Below, in pieces: positions 1 to 13,900 of a stretch of DNA of 64,000 bases. The translations under genes and the position numbers were made by a program. The notes under the pieces are model-generated. The model was not told the origin of the DNA. It searched no databases and was given only the letters and a program-made list of their open reading frames with translations. Each line of letters starts with the position of its first letter. The first letter of the stretch is position 1. This DNA is from Carcharhinus longimanus (Eukaryota), in the NCBI GenBank assembly GCA_030264375.1, contig JASCQW010000072.1, forward strand, positions 106,429,782-106,493,781. Reading direction: 5' to 3'.

Positions 1-76
1 TCCATGCAGAAAAAGACCCATCCACAACCACTCTCTGCCTTCTGCAGGCAAGCCAGTTCTGGATCCACAAGGCAAC
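1..76 (-). mobile_element. CR1 LINE reverse-transcriptase fragment
   Basis: Minus strand translates VALWIQNWLACRRQRVVVDGSFSAW, typical CR1 RT. Confidence 0.8.
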
Positions 77-974
77 AAAATATTTCCGCAAAACTTAAAA
101 GACAAATTGACTTACATCTCTGAAGGAAGGTTTGAAAAATAAGATTTATACATGATAGGTATGTATTTATTCACTTCACAGTATGCACATGCAGCTGGAG
201 TTGGCGTTTCTGTGATGTGTTTATTAATCACTGTATATCCACAGCAGCTGAAACTTGTTGATATTCAGCACAATTTCTATTTCAACATTTAGCCAACAAT
301 GATTTATTTTCCGAAGTTAATCACTAACCATGGAATTCCAAGTCACAACCAATTACTGAGGACTATACAAGGAAAACCTGTCCAATTCTAAGTTTAATGG
401 GTTTTCCAGGATCTTTATTATACGGGAGAGAAATCTTTAGAATAGGTTCCTGAAGTCAACCAGTTATAATAAGTGATCCATAATTCAAGCTTCTTGAGTT
501 GTCATTAATATTTTAACACAAAAAAAGCTGCATTGTACATGATATAATGGTATGTATAATATTGTGATGGTGATGCCCTTGCAATGCACAGTGTAACTTG
601 TATTTAATGTAAGCAAGAGTATTTTATTTGTTCACAATTATGATGACTCAAGGCAGATGGAGCAAGATTTTACAATTGGTGTTAACTGAGTGCACAAGGG
701 AAAATTTATTCACCTAGCCCGCGTAGACTTGCCTCGATCCCCTGGGGGCAGGCATGTTCTACATGAGCAAATATCTCCTCCAAAATCTGCGATGCAATCT
801 TACTTCATCTTTTATTAATCCCTTGCTGTTTCAATTTATTTATTGCTATCTATTGGTGCTTAGAGTGAAAATATAACAGAAGCTTAAAGGGTATAGTGTA
901 GTCAATTAAAGGGAAAGAGCATAATTACTGTTTATCTTTTTACCTGATGTTTGTTGTTTTGAGTGCTGCCAGTC

Positions 975-1287
975 GAATCATAGAATTCCTACTGTGCAGA
1001 AGGAGGCCTTTCGGCTCATCGAGCCTGCATTGACAACAATCCCGCTCAGGCGTTATCCCTGTTACTCCACGTATTTCCCTTAATCCCCCTGACACTTAAG
1101 GGGATTTCAGCCTGGCCAATCAACCTAACCCGCACATCTTTGGAGTATGGGAGGAAACCAGAGGAAACCCACGCAGACACAGAGAGAACATGTAGACTCC
1201 GCACAGACAGTCACCCAAGGCTCGAAATGATCCCAGATCCCCAGTACAATGAGATAGCAGTGCTAAGCACTGTGTCACTGTGCTGCC
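975..1287 (-). mobile_element. HE1-type V-SINE
   Basis: tRNA-like head, V-domain (ggaaacccacgcagacac) and CR1-derived tail (gaatcatagaat). Confidence 0.8.
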
Positions 1288-2422
1288 ACCATTTAGCAGA
1301 GATTACATCAGATAGAAGCTGACGTTGTTTCTGCTGTCATCAAAAGCACAAATGTTTGAGCCACTGCTGCCTTTATTGTGGACTGCTAACTGTCCTTCGA
1401 GGGAGTCCTTCCAGGCATATCAAGTGCTCATTGTGCTGACTGTGACAGTCCAACCTGCCAGTTGACCCATAAATTTGTAACCACGTATGATCTGTCAGTT
1501 CTGAATTATGGTGGCGACAACAGACAAATGAGTCCAAGATTTTTGCTTGTGCAAGAATCCCAGTCGAGTTGAAAGATCTGAAAGTCACATCTGCAGTTCT
1601 TGAAATGGCTGATCAGTCTTGTCTGAATAGACATGAGTAAAGAATTTGTCAGTCATTCAAAAGTCTGCCCAACACAGTAATTTATGCAAGTGATTTTGTG
1701 GTGCTTATTGGCTAGCCAAACAGCTATCTGTTTCCCAAGTGCGTCATTTGAAGAAAGTTACAGAAGCAATATATAATTTGAATCTTGAAATATTTTAATC
1801 ATAAAAATTCTGGGTAGTGGTTAAAATTAAAATACAGATTACCCATTGAAAAATCTAATAGTAGATTTTGCCCAGAATGAAATTGCACCAAAAGAAGTAA
1901 TAACCAAAAGTGGCTACCAAACCCCACATTTTATAGATGTTCTTGATGGTTTTGCAATTTTGAGATTGGCGCTTCTATTGAAATCAGGCAGGGAATTGTT
2001 ACTGTCAGGAAGCAAAACTAAGCTTTTCTTTAATTTGTAATCTTAATTGTTTAAAAAAAAATCAGACGCAAGGAGGAAATTCTCTCCATTTGGCTGATGG
2101 CAGAAATGCATTACTTAGAAAAATTTCTCATGAAGAAACAAGGTTTAGCAAATTCATTGTGCCACAAATTAGGGGTGAGGAATTTTACACTTTAGTGAGC
2201 TGAAAACTAAAGCAGCTCAGAGGCTGTGTGTAAAATCACCTGTTTTTTTTTCTTTTTCCTCCTCTTATTCCATACTCAGATTTTTCCTATGGCTGTTTAA
2301 TTCACTGAGATACCTTTCCTCCCAGCAAGCCTCCTTGGGGCCCCATTGCTATTCAGTTCCTCTCTGCCTCACTGAGATCCCCTTATATGCTTTCCTCAGA
2401 AATCCCCTCTTTCACTGAAAGC

Positions 2423-2592
2423 CTCCCTCCCTCCCTGCCTCCCTGCCTGCCTCCCTCCCTGCCTGCCTCCCNNNNNNNNNNNNNNNNNNNNNNNNNNNNN
2501 NNNNNNNNNNNNNNNNNNNNNNNNNNNNNNNNNNNNNNNNNNNNNNNNNNNNNNNNNNNNNNNNNNNNNNNCCCTCCTTCCCAGCCTCCCTG
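2423..2592. repeat. (CCTC/CCTG)n microsatellite flanking an N gap
   Basis: cctccctgcctccctgcctgcc repeats on both sides of gap 2472-2571. Confidence 0.8.
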
Positions 2593-2746
2593 CCTCACTG
2601 ACACCCTCTGCCTCCTTCCATTCATATCTATCTTGCTGACTTCCTTTTTTTTTATTTGGAGTTCTGTTCTAATGTTAATTGAAAGGACAAATTCTTGCTG
2701 CTGGCATGTTTTTAAAATCTGTATTTGCTCGGGAGAAAAAAAACTT

Positions 2747-2802
2747 GATGTGGATATGCCGGCGTTGGACTGGGGTAAACACAGTAAAAAGTCTGACAAC
2801 AC
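2747..2802. mobile_element. Penelope-like terminal repeat fragment (family 1)
   Basis: gatgtggatatgccggcgttggactgggg...cagtaaaaagtctgacaacac matches the starts of the elements at 20910 and 54771. Confidence 0.65.
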
Positions 2803-2823
2803 AAAAAAAACTTGACAGCGTTA

Positions 2824-3135
2824 AGGGACGACACAGTGGTTAGCACTGCTGCCTCACAGGCATCCAGGTTTGATTGTGGCCTTGAGTTTCCTTCGGATGC
2901 TTTGGTTTCATCCTACAGTCCAAAGATGTGCAGACTAGGTTGATTGGTCATGCAAAATTGCCCCTTAATGTTTATAAATGTGTAGGTTAGGTGGATTAGC
3001 CATGGTAAATGTGTGGGATTATGAGGATGGGATGAAGGTGAGGGCCTGGGTGGGATGCTGTTTCGGAGAATCGATGCAAACTCGATGGGCTGGATAAAAT
3101 CTTTCAGCACTGTAGGGATTCAATGGTTCTGTGAT
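2824..3135 (+). mobile_element. HE1-type V-SINE (internally deleted)
   Basis: cacagtggttagcactgctgcctcacag head, cagtccaaagatgtgc core, CR1-like tail. Confidence 0.78.
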
Positions 3136-4858
3136 TATTGCACAATTGCCTGTTAATTTTGATCTGTATTATGCAGTCTGGAATAATAAATCACCTAATC
3201 TACTCCATACTAACTTGCCTTTGCTTCTCCTTATTCCTGATTCTAAGGCCACTAATGAATTTCCATTGAATTAATACAGAACAGCCTTAATTCCGATGTT
3301 ACAGACGCAAACCTGATTTATGCTAGTAACACAGTAGCGAAGGAAATCTCCATACTTCTTTGTTGACAAGAGTAGAAATTGAAGAATTGTAGTTCGACCG
3401 CCATGCTGTTCTTACGTCCTAGCTCATTTTATTATTCTTCCGTATTGTGAAATAACGTCAACCACACTCCGGTTTATGTTTGTTCTGCACTTAGCTTTTC
3501 CTGTGGTTTATGAATTAGTATTTACTTTGGGTTAAGAATTAGTTTTTGCTCTGGCTTATGAATTAGTTGGTCTATTATAATTTTTCCAAGGTAATTTTGT
3601 GGTTCCAGCTATTATTAGGGCCAATTTCATTGGGTATCTGTCCTTGTTAAAGTGTCTCCTATTAGATGACAAAGCCCTCTCGTTAGGTAGAAGCTGACAT
3701 GCATGTAACCTTGCCCTCCTTTTCTACCAAAAAACTCTGAATTTTGTTTGCTGATCAGCTTATTTCTGCTCATAATGATTTTGAGTATACTTTGAGTAAA
3801 CTTGCTTATTCATCCAGATTGTACTAAATGATTGAATCCATCCACAGAGGCTGTAAATTTGTATGTCAGCTCCAACAAATGCAGTGTTGTTTTTGTTAAT
3901 TTTTCTTGAATTAAGGATAACAAAAGCAGTTGGTATGTCTCGACAGACAGACAGGAAATTGCATGTGATGGATTCATTTTTCTTCTTGCGTGCAATGGGC
4001 AAAATCCCCAAGTTGCTATTTCCAAAAATACTGCGTGTAGCAATGCATTATCATATTGCTGAGATTTATCATAAATAATATTTCGTGCATTATTTACCAA
4101 ACTGTTGCTGGATTGTGAAACCATGTAGCTATTATCGAAGGGGATGTATCTCAATTGGGGAAATATTTTTAGATGCTGTACTGTGCTGTTTCAAGGTGGC
4201 ATGCCCACGTCTAATGTGGGTACAGGTGTTTAATATATTGCTATATTTACGCCAGCATACATAGTATGCTTCTTTATCCCTTTTTCTTCTTCCCCTTCCA
4301 TCTACCCACTCCCTATCACCCCATGCCAGCATTATCAAATCTGTTTGGCACTGTTACAGTTTCTTCTCCTTTCCAATTTGTGATCATTTTCTCTGTTTTG
4401 AAGCCATCATACATGTTTGGCTGCCAACCCTCTCTTACAGAACACTCTAGAGATTCCTTTATTTCTTATAAGGCTATCCTTCAGTGTGTTTTGAGGAGTA
4501 GATTTTGAAACTTGCCTGGGGTAATTAACACATTTTGATTAGTAAACCATTAAGTATCTTTAGACTACAAATTACAGTTGGTGATGCTAGTAAATATATA
4601 CTTGGTCCATTAATTTGACATTCCTATTGATGCAATCTGACAAAGGTATTAGATGATTTAAAATAAGTGTGTTAATGTAAACAAAGGAATGTCTTAAGGG
4701 TGTGCAGAGCTTTCATCCCCTAGTATAATTAATAGCAATTTCTAACATCATAAAAATAAAGCCAGATGGGAACCTACTGATTGGGATGTTCTCATTGCAA
4801 ATGTTGGTATTTGAGTTGAAAGTTTTTAATTGTTATTGTTCACTCTTGATTCCTGCAG

Positions 4859-4972
4859 TTGTTGAAAGCCCTCAAACAAAAGCTTCATGAGAAGGAGGAG
4901 GTACTATTGGGAAGGACACAAGTTGTGGATGTGCTGCAGAAAGAGCTTGATGGGAGAGATCAACAGATACAG
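4859..4972 (+). CDS. GOLGB1: Giantin-family exon A ([38 protein letters not shown])
   Basis: cctgcag| acceptor, CAG|gtgagg donor, 114 nt, phase 0/0; resembles giantin 'LVGRAQVVDLLQQEL' (from memory). Confidence 0.9.
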
Positions 4973-7900
4973 GTGAGGAAAGAATTGCTTGCTGCTTTGT
5001 AAATTGATGGTAAAAGAAAGATCTCTGCGATTGACTAGCTGACAGATTTTCTTTCAGCCTGTGGTAATATAATTTAAAGTGACAGACAACATCTATGGAT
5101 CTTCCAGTGTAATATTATAAAGTCTTGTTTGTGCAACACTCCCTGTTACCACACTTTACTCCTTGTTTTCACTTTTGTTTGTTGAACTTTAACATCAAAA
5201 TGCCAATGTAATCAGTTATAATGAGAATTTCTAATGTAAACGGGTCCTGGTGGCGCTGTAATTCCAGATTATAGTCACTTATAGGCACTGTAGATCAATG
5301 TTCTGTACTACCATGTTTTTGTAACACCTCAGCAACAACTCCACATAGCATTTACTAGTACATACCAAAAATATACTTAGGAGGTAACAGATTCGCAATC
5401 CTTTGTATTTAAATAAAAAAATCACTTACGGGATGTGGACTTGGCTGTAGACCAGCATTTATTGCACATCCCTAGTTGCCCTTGAGAAGGTGGAGGTGAG
5501 CTGCCTTCTTGTACCACTGCAGTCCCTGAGGTGTAGATACACCCACAATGCTGTTTGGGAATGAGTTACAGGATTTTAACCCAGTGACGGTGAAGTATAA
5601 TGATATATTTCCAAGTCGGGATGGTGAGTGACTTGGAGGGGAACCTCCAGTTTTGTGATATTCCCAGGTATCTGTTACTCTTGTTCTTTTAGTAACTGAT
5701 GTTGCTCTGCACTTTCCTATCAACTGTTGGAGGTTCTCATTTGTTCTTTTAGTTCTTGTTTAATTTCATACACTTTATATTGTTACAAAGGAGGACAGTT
5801 TTTCTACATTTATCCTTAAGGTTTATAAAGGTCATTTTGGTTTGCTCTTTTCATTGAAGGGAAGTATGTGATTTTGAAATTTTCAGGAGATGATGGAAAA
5901 ATTGAGGATTCTTCAGTTAGAAAAAGACAATCTTGAGGCTAAGCTTGATGCTGAAAAGCATGTGATGAGAGCCCAGGTAAGAGATCTGATGGAAAGACAT
6001 GAGGCGGACTTGAAAAATATGAAAGAGAAACACAACATTCAATTGCGGGCTATTGAAGAGAAACACGAAGCTGAACTGACTGAGAAGGAACAGCACCAAT
6101 TAAAACTTCAGAAACAATTGCAAGATTTACAAGCCCGTGATGGTTCTGTAGCACTAGAGACAACTGCTACTGTAGATAATTCTACTGAACAGAGGATTAA
6201 AGAATTGGAAGGTAATTGCTCAAGCTTTATTGCTTTATTGATGTGCAAGTGTTGGTCCACTCTATACAGGATTTCTTCATGACACCCAAATAGATGGTAA
6301 TTTGAGATGATCAGTATTAGCTTAATTTTATTACACATTTCAATTCTATTACCTAATAACCAAACAAAAAGGCAGATTACCTAGTCATTGCTCTTTATTG
6401 GACCTTTGTACAAATTAAATATTTAAGGTAATTAACCACAGTCCATAAGGGATTAAGGGAGATCTCTCTTGTGAGAAAGAAAGAAGTGGTTATATTGCTA
6501 GTGAGGCACCACACTCCATCAAGGATGGGGAAAAGCAAGAAGCAGGCTTCCATGAACTTTCACAGTTGATTCGGGGGTTGTATCTATGCCATTGGCTTCA
6601 TTCTGGATCACACTCTAGCCGTGTAGTCAACTGAGTTAGTTAATCTCCACTTGACGCAAATTGACTGCCATATTTCCTGCATTCTATCACTGCATCATGT
6701 ACTTTACAGAAATACTTGAGCTATATAAAAATTCTAGTCTTTCTTTCAGAAAGTTATTCAGGACTGACATTATTTTTTCCCCACTCAAAGGGCTGTGAAT
6801 TATTGGAATTCTCAAGCCGAGAAGGTTATGGATAATCAGCCATCGAAGGATAAGATTGATCATTTTTTGAAATCAAGGGTTATGAATTTCGGACAGGAAA
6901 GTGAAATTGAGCTTGAAGTTCAGCAATAGCTGAACAGACTGATGGGACTGTTGTTCCTGTTTCTAATGTTCTTGTGTCCTGGTCAGATCCTTTGATCAAT
7001 AGACAGTGAAGTTTAGAGAACCCATGGAAAAAATAAACCCAGTAGAATTTAGTTCCTGTTACAATTATTGCTTTCACCTGTAGATATCATTGAAATGATC
7101 CAATAGTGAAGGTAGTCACCTGGGAGGTTGGGTGATTAATTTCTTTGTTGAACTTGGTGAATTATCAATTGACTTTTTTTTGGTAAAACTCCCTGACTGA
7201 CATCATGAAGGAATTTAGGGGGCCCTTTCCATTCGTGGTGTCCTAACGGGGAGAGTGGTACTCAGTTGTTTCTTTATAAATGGCCACTAACCAGGAAGTG
7301 TTAACGCCTGCAGACCACACCACAACTGAGACGCTTCAATAATTCTGCAGACATTTTATATTACTTAAGTTTGAACAATAGTAAGGGGAAAATAATACAA
7401 AGGGTGAGAAACTGTAATGACAAAAGGAGATTGTGGGACAATACTGGGACTATGTTCTCTGTAACAGACAAGGCTTAAGAGGATATTTAATAGGGGTATT
7501 TAAAATAATAAAAGGCTTTGATAGAACAAATAGGGAAATGACCATTTTCTCTTGAAATTAAGGAACAAAGGATCTTTAATTAAAAATATAATAGATGTTA
7601 AGAGACATTTTTTGCAGAAAGTTATTGAAGTTGGAAAGCTTTGCCACTGGAGAAGTTGAAGCAGAGAGAGTTCCATCTTTTACAGTAAAATGGGTACATA
7701 TTTGAATTAGAGGAAGATATTGACTCGGGAAGAGAGTATGTTAACCATAGTTTTGAATTATTCTAGCTGTGAGCCAGCTATGATGGATCAAATTCCTGCC
7801 TTTGGCTCTGTAAACTCTTATAGCTGTGAAGCACAATTTCTGTTTTGGATGCAGGCATGAAATTAGAAATGTGGCAGTATCGTGACTTCATTTTCCCATG

Positions 7901-10900
7901 TATGCATTTAATATGATAAATGTAAGGTTACCATTGTCATAAGATTGTTGATTACACCTATCAGTGTTTGCTTTTTAATTTTCATTTATAGCTTGTCTAT
8001 TTTGTATTGTCACTTGATTAATATTTTTCAGTCATTTTTATCAATCATTTTATAGCCTGATTGCCCTGTAAAATATCATAATCTCTTGTGGGCCCTGCAG
8101 TTGATTGGTAACATAATGAATGATTAGATCTGGGTTTATTCACCCTGGCAAATAAAGCAGAATGTTTTCATGCAAGTAGCATCTCTGATGCTAGTAACTA
8201 ATGCATTACTCCTTGTGAATTAACATTGCAAATGAGAATGAAACTAAAGATGGGTAAAAACTCTAAGGATAACCACATTAAATAAATAAAATAAGGTAAC
8301 AAAGCTAGAACCAATTCATTTCTTTATGGATTCTGAGTTATATGAGGTTAAATTAATAACAGTGCACACCACTGTAATGTAGTCATGTCCTGACAAGATT
8401 GTACCCATTTAAACTTGTGTTACAACTCATTCTAGCATGACAGAATGATAATGTTGAACATATAAGAGGCAAGAAGGGAAAAATAACACATCGTATAAAC
8501 ACATTACTCATGGCACAGTATTGTATTTTCATCAATTATAGTAAAGTCTTGATGGAAAAAACATAAAAACCGCAATGATGCTACTAGCTTTCTCTTATTT
8601 ACAACAAAACATGGTAAAAATCTGCTTATGTTTACATTAGAAGAATCATAATTCTTTGCTGCTGAGTTAAATGGTAATTTGAATTGTTCCAATGATTGTT
8701 AAAGATGTGTAATTAATATGTGTATTTTCATCCTTTTTATAGGACAACTGAAACTTAAAACAGAAGAGGCTGCTAAATCAGAGGCTAAATTCCTAAAAAT
8801 GAAAGCTTGGTCCAAATCCAGAATCAGGCAGGCTGAAGAAGATCTCAGGAATGCAGTGGTATGTGTAAATCTTGACTTCTGATATCTGGTGACTGCCTGT
8901 AAAAAGGCCTGTCTTTCTTTTATTGAAATGGAATTAAAATGCTAGGACCAAAGCCTCGAAATAGAAATGGGGTTGTTGTGATGGTACCTTTTTGTTTCAT
9001 GAATGATTAAAACCTTCTTTCTTGCATTGGGTGTCTTGAGAGCTTTTTCACTGTGACAACTGTGCATAGTGAGTCTTGTGTCTCAGATCAATTATGTGAA
9101 GGGGTATTGAGTGATGGACAGCAGACCTGAATTTCAGTGTACAGTTTTTGCATCAAATGAAGAATGTGTGCACAATACCAACAAGCCACTCAAGCCAACA
9201 AAATGATGCCACCTATTCACATGAGCAAAGTACCACTTAATCTCTGTCTAACCCCATTGGCATATCCTTTTAATCCTGTCTCTTTGTGTTCATCTGCTAT
9301 CTCTCTAACTGTGTCAAATTCGCCATTTTACTGCAGAATTGCAGGCACTGACAGATGCAGTACTAATCTTTCCTAACCAGGAATTGACACGAACATGCAG
9401 CAGGAACTGAATTACAGAATGAAAATGTGAAGTAGAAAGCACGTGTCACAATAACTGCAGAATATTCTGATTCCATTTTAATATGCATTGACATTTATAT
9501 TATTCATATTAGTAAATCCTTTGCTTCAATTTAAATTTTCTCCTTCACTTAGAGTGGAACTTCTCACCAAGAGCAAATTGCCCTCAAAAGCCGAGTTGCT
9601 GAACTGGAGGAGGAAAAAGGGGAATTGGAACAAAGAACAAATGATCTTGAAAAGCTCAGGGCACAAAATGGTATGTTCAGCAATTGGTTTTGATTATTTT
9701 CTGTCCTTCTGTCGTTGTTATTGAGTGATGCTGCATTTTTCTTTCAGAGGCGCTTCTGTCAAAATTAGAACTGTATGAAGAACAACAACAGAAAATGCAA
9801 GCAGATCTGGAACAAGTGACCAAACGGGCAACTTCCCAGGTTGGCAAACTTCTTTGTGTCGTATATAATTTATCCATGTGCAGTTTTACAATCTTATGAT
9901 ACAGATTTTGTACAATCTGAACAGCCTCAAACTGTCAATGGATTTTTTGAATTGATGAGTTTTGTTTTCTTGTTGCTTATTTTAGATTTTTTTAAAATGG
10001 GGCATATGGCTAAGTTTGTCCTTTGCATTTTTTTTGTTCCTTGTGCCTACCTGACTTGGTATCTGCAGTTAAGGTGGGCACTGTGCTTCCATGAAAGACT
10101 GCTTTGGTGTACATTATCAAACACATTTGTCTGCTTAATATTGGGTTGAGTAGTATTGGAAACAACAGAGCATGTCCACATTTTTTTTATTAGTTTTAGT
10201 GTTGCAGAGAGTTCCACGATTCCAGTTTGAATGTTAATGTTCTAGTAACATCAACTATGAAGATCTGTTGGCAAGAATGAGAAAATGGTGCAGCTGATAT
10301 TAAATAATACAATTTGCTGCAAACGGGGAAAATATTAGTCAAAATCTGGCGATAAATCCTGATAAATACAATCATCTGTGAATCCAAGTCCTGTCTGTTT
10401 TGGGTCATGTCAACCTTTGATGGTGAACTTAAATTCCCGTTATATTGTTGCTGCAAAGATATTCTTCAGAATCACAATGCCATTTGTAGTAAGTTTTTGA
10501 GAAATCTGTCTGTGTGATCATCAGTAACAACTGGAAACAGATATACCTGCTGAAGTAATAGAAAGAACAGAAGAGGCCAATGTGCTGCAGTGACTCTTTG
10601 ACCTATTGGGCAGAATGGTATGGTCCTTGCTGGTGGGTGCGCAGTTGGCTNNNNNNNNNNNNNNNNNNATTGGTGGGGGTTCATACAATTCCACAGTTGG
10701 ACTTACTGCTGCCCTACTGCCTGCCCCAATCTGTTAATTATATTGTTAGTATTCATGGGTGAATGGCATTGTTTACTTAAGTACTTTGTGTGTAGACAAA
10801 GGACATAATTGGTTTAACCAGAATATTATAAATAGTGGAGAGCTCAGTGTGGGAAGAGCTATGAAACCAAACAAAATCTACAAACCCTCAGTAAGGAAAA

Positions 10901-13900
10901 ATTCTCCGTCTTGGTTCTGACTTCATGAACTGGTTTGGTTCTTTAGTAGCAGAAGATGGCTGGGCTAAAGGTGAAGGGTGGAAACTAAGCCTTATTTTCA
11001 GGCAGAAGATTGTAATTGGAGTTACTCTGGAGAAGAATGGCTCAAAGAGTAAAGTATCAGCGTATGGTTTTCCAGCATTGTTCTGTGAAGCTGAACTGTG
11101 TGACCATTGGAAGAATGAAGTGGATATACGGACACGGGTTATCTTGTAAGCAAATAAAAAGCAAGATATGGTCCTGGCACTTTCCATTAAAAGCAGGATC
11201 AGGTGCAAAGTATTTTTGGAGCCAGAGGCTCATCAATTCAGCATTGGGAAGGATTTGGATAAACATAAAATTTACGGACAAAATTTATAAGACATACATA
11301 TGAGTCATGGTCAGACGTTGATAAATTTAGAAAGTTGGTTGGCTATTTCATAGAAGAATGTAGCGTGAAATTTAGCAGGTTATACACAGGATTGTCGAAA
11401 ATCTATTCATTGCTTACTTTCAAAATGTTATGCTAAAGTGTTCAATGTGAATAGGCTCCTGATGTCGATTAGAGTTATTCTCGGAATGAGATACACCCGT
11501 CCCAAAAGCATCTGCAACTTTAAAAACATTTTTGGGGAAATGTTAAGTTCCAGTCACTTTCATGGCACCATGAGTTACCCTTGAGCATAAATCAAAAGAT
11601 GGGGGATTCAATGTTGGCAGCATTTTCAGACCGTTTATAGATGAAACACAAGTGTCAGTGTGAAAGAAGAATGAACAAAATGAAGATAGAGCCCCTTCTG
11701 CTAGCTCTAACAAACAACAGGAATTGGATAACCATAGCAGGAGAGCAAACCCCAGAAATATTGGAGAAATGGTCGCAGGTTTCAAATGTGACTCAAAGTT
11801 NNNNNNNNNNGATGGCCTGAAATAAAATAACAGAATTTTTGAAATGGAGGCTTTGGGCATGGAAGTTGATGATCAGTCAGAAGTAATTGGTCACCAGTTA
11901 CATGGTACTGGATGTTCTCATTGCCGACTCCTTCTGTTATGCTGTATTAGACAGTGGGTGCATGTCCAAAGTGTGTGGAGTGGATTGATTAAAATGTCTG
12001 GATTGTCTAAAACCGTATTAAAGTTATAGTAAAGTTTATTTACTTGACATCTACAGATTTGTATTAAACTCACTAAAGAGAGTGGTGAGTGCATGTAAAA
12101 TAGCCAGGGTAAACCATTTTATCAACATAGATGTACTACCCAGTGAAATACTCTGCCTGTGAGCTGCCTATGAAAAAAGTTCAAATGAAATTTGATATGG
12201 AAAATGATAAGGCTATTTTGTTTTTGAAAAATCTGTAGATTTAGAGTTTGCATAAACAGAACATCATTGTATCCCCTTAATAAACCTAACATTTCTAATC
12301 ATCATATTAAAGAAGTGTTGATGACATCAGGGTTTTGACTTCACCAGCTGGCTTGGATCCTGTGAACACTGATCTGGAATTTTGCAAGTTGATCTGGCCT
12401 GGCCATGCCCCAATTCTGGCCTATTAAATAACCAATTATTAGTGACTTAAGGGCTGGTTCCTGCCCAGCTGCAATTTTGAGAATGGCATGAAGAGTTCAG
12501 CAACAGGGGTGAAATTTGGCTGGTCACCCTGCTTGGCCTTGTATGGGAAGGGTGGGATACCTCCCTCAAGGTTCCCAGTTTTACATCAGGTCCTTGGCAT
12601 CACCTTACTCCCAAGGTTCTCTCTCCAGGCTGTTCAAGACAAAGGAACACTGAAAGGAGAGTTGGAAAACCTGAGGGCCAATCCTTGCTGCGAACAGCTG
12701 AGGGAGAACATTGTTTGAAAAAAAATTCTAAGGTGTGTCTGTTTGAGAGAGGAGTTTGGAAACACTTGGGTGGATGCTGGAATCCAGTGAGATCAGTTTG
12801 CTCACAGTGTAATAGTCATCTGGGGGGAGCAGGGCAGGATTTGAGGAGAAATCCCAAGGAAGACCAATTCAGTGGCATTCGCCACATGGTTTCAGAGTGG
12901 ATTGTTGTCTGACCATAGGTAGCCTGTTGGGTTACAGGGACTGTGTGTTTATTGAAAATTTTCTAGTTTAAGACACATTTTGTTATCTATATTATCCTTA
13001 AAATTGTTTACATTTGTGACGATAAGTAGGAGTGAAGGCGTATCATACTGTAATCAAACTTTTAATGTTGAATAATTTTGTTTTTGGCATTAAAAGCTAA
13101 TTGGCAGCCCTGTGACTCTTTTCAGCCACTTTCTCTAAACAAATTGTAAGTTACAGTCTTTTGAACCAGGGTTTGATTCTGGGAGTAGTAATGCCAACTG
13201 AGAACATAACACCACTATTAAAACTCCCACATTGACATCGTCCTGGACTCTACAGCATAGAATCTGGGGACTGCTTGTAGTCCTGTTCTTGGTCATTGCT
13301 GCAACTGAGGCTGCTGGGACTACAGAACTACCTGCCTATCAGATTGACTGCCACCTGTGTGAGGAGTGGAAGTACTATCTCCAGCTAATAAATATTCTGT
13401 AGGCTGAACTGCTGATGGGGCTGCTCTCTGATCAGTGGGGATCAGTTCACTGCTGACTCTTTGGTGGTGGGGTGAGAAATTCCGCCATCCGAAAATCCTG
13501 TCTATCCGGCATTACGCTATCCAAAAATTACTGAATATTCACTTGTTGCATAATTTTCAACAGCGAATAATTGAGGACCGGATACTTTATGAATGAACTC
13601 ACTTTGGAAAAGAAAGTAATTTTACGGTTATGTGTGACAGCACTTGAAGGAAGAGGCCATTCGCTTCATCAAAGTAGTGCCAGTTTTGCTGTATCATTTT
13701 GAGTCTTTGATCTACTTGACGCACCGTTGACCAAATATAGTTGAGATGCAAATGGGCACAATTACCGCTGCTTTATCTAATGGCCACATGTTCTCAATAT
13801 AATGACATTCACAAGAAGAATGTGTAATTATCCAATTAGACTTCTGGCTGACTGCACATTTATGTAATGTCCCTGTAGACAAGTGAATCTGGCAGTGCTG

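Noticed and set aside
77-4858. Further upstream giantin exons or a promoter
   Set aside because: No splice-bounded coiled-coil ORF or CpG island recognised; the 5' end probably lies outside the window
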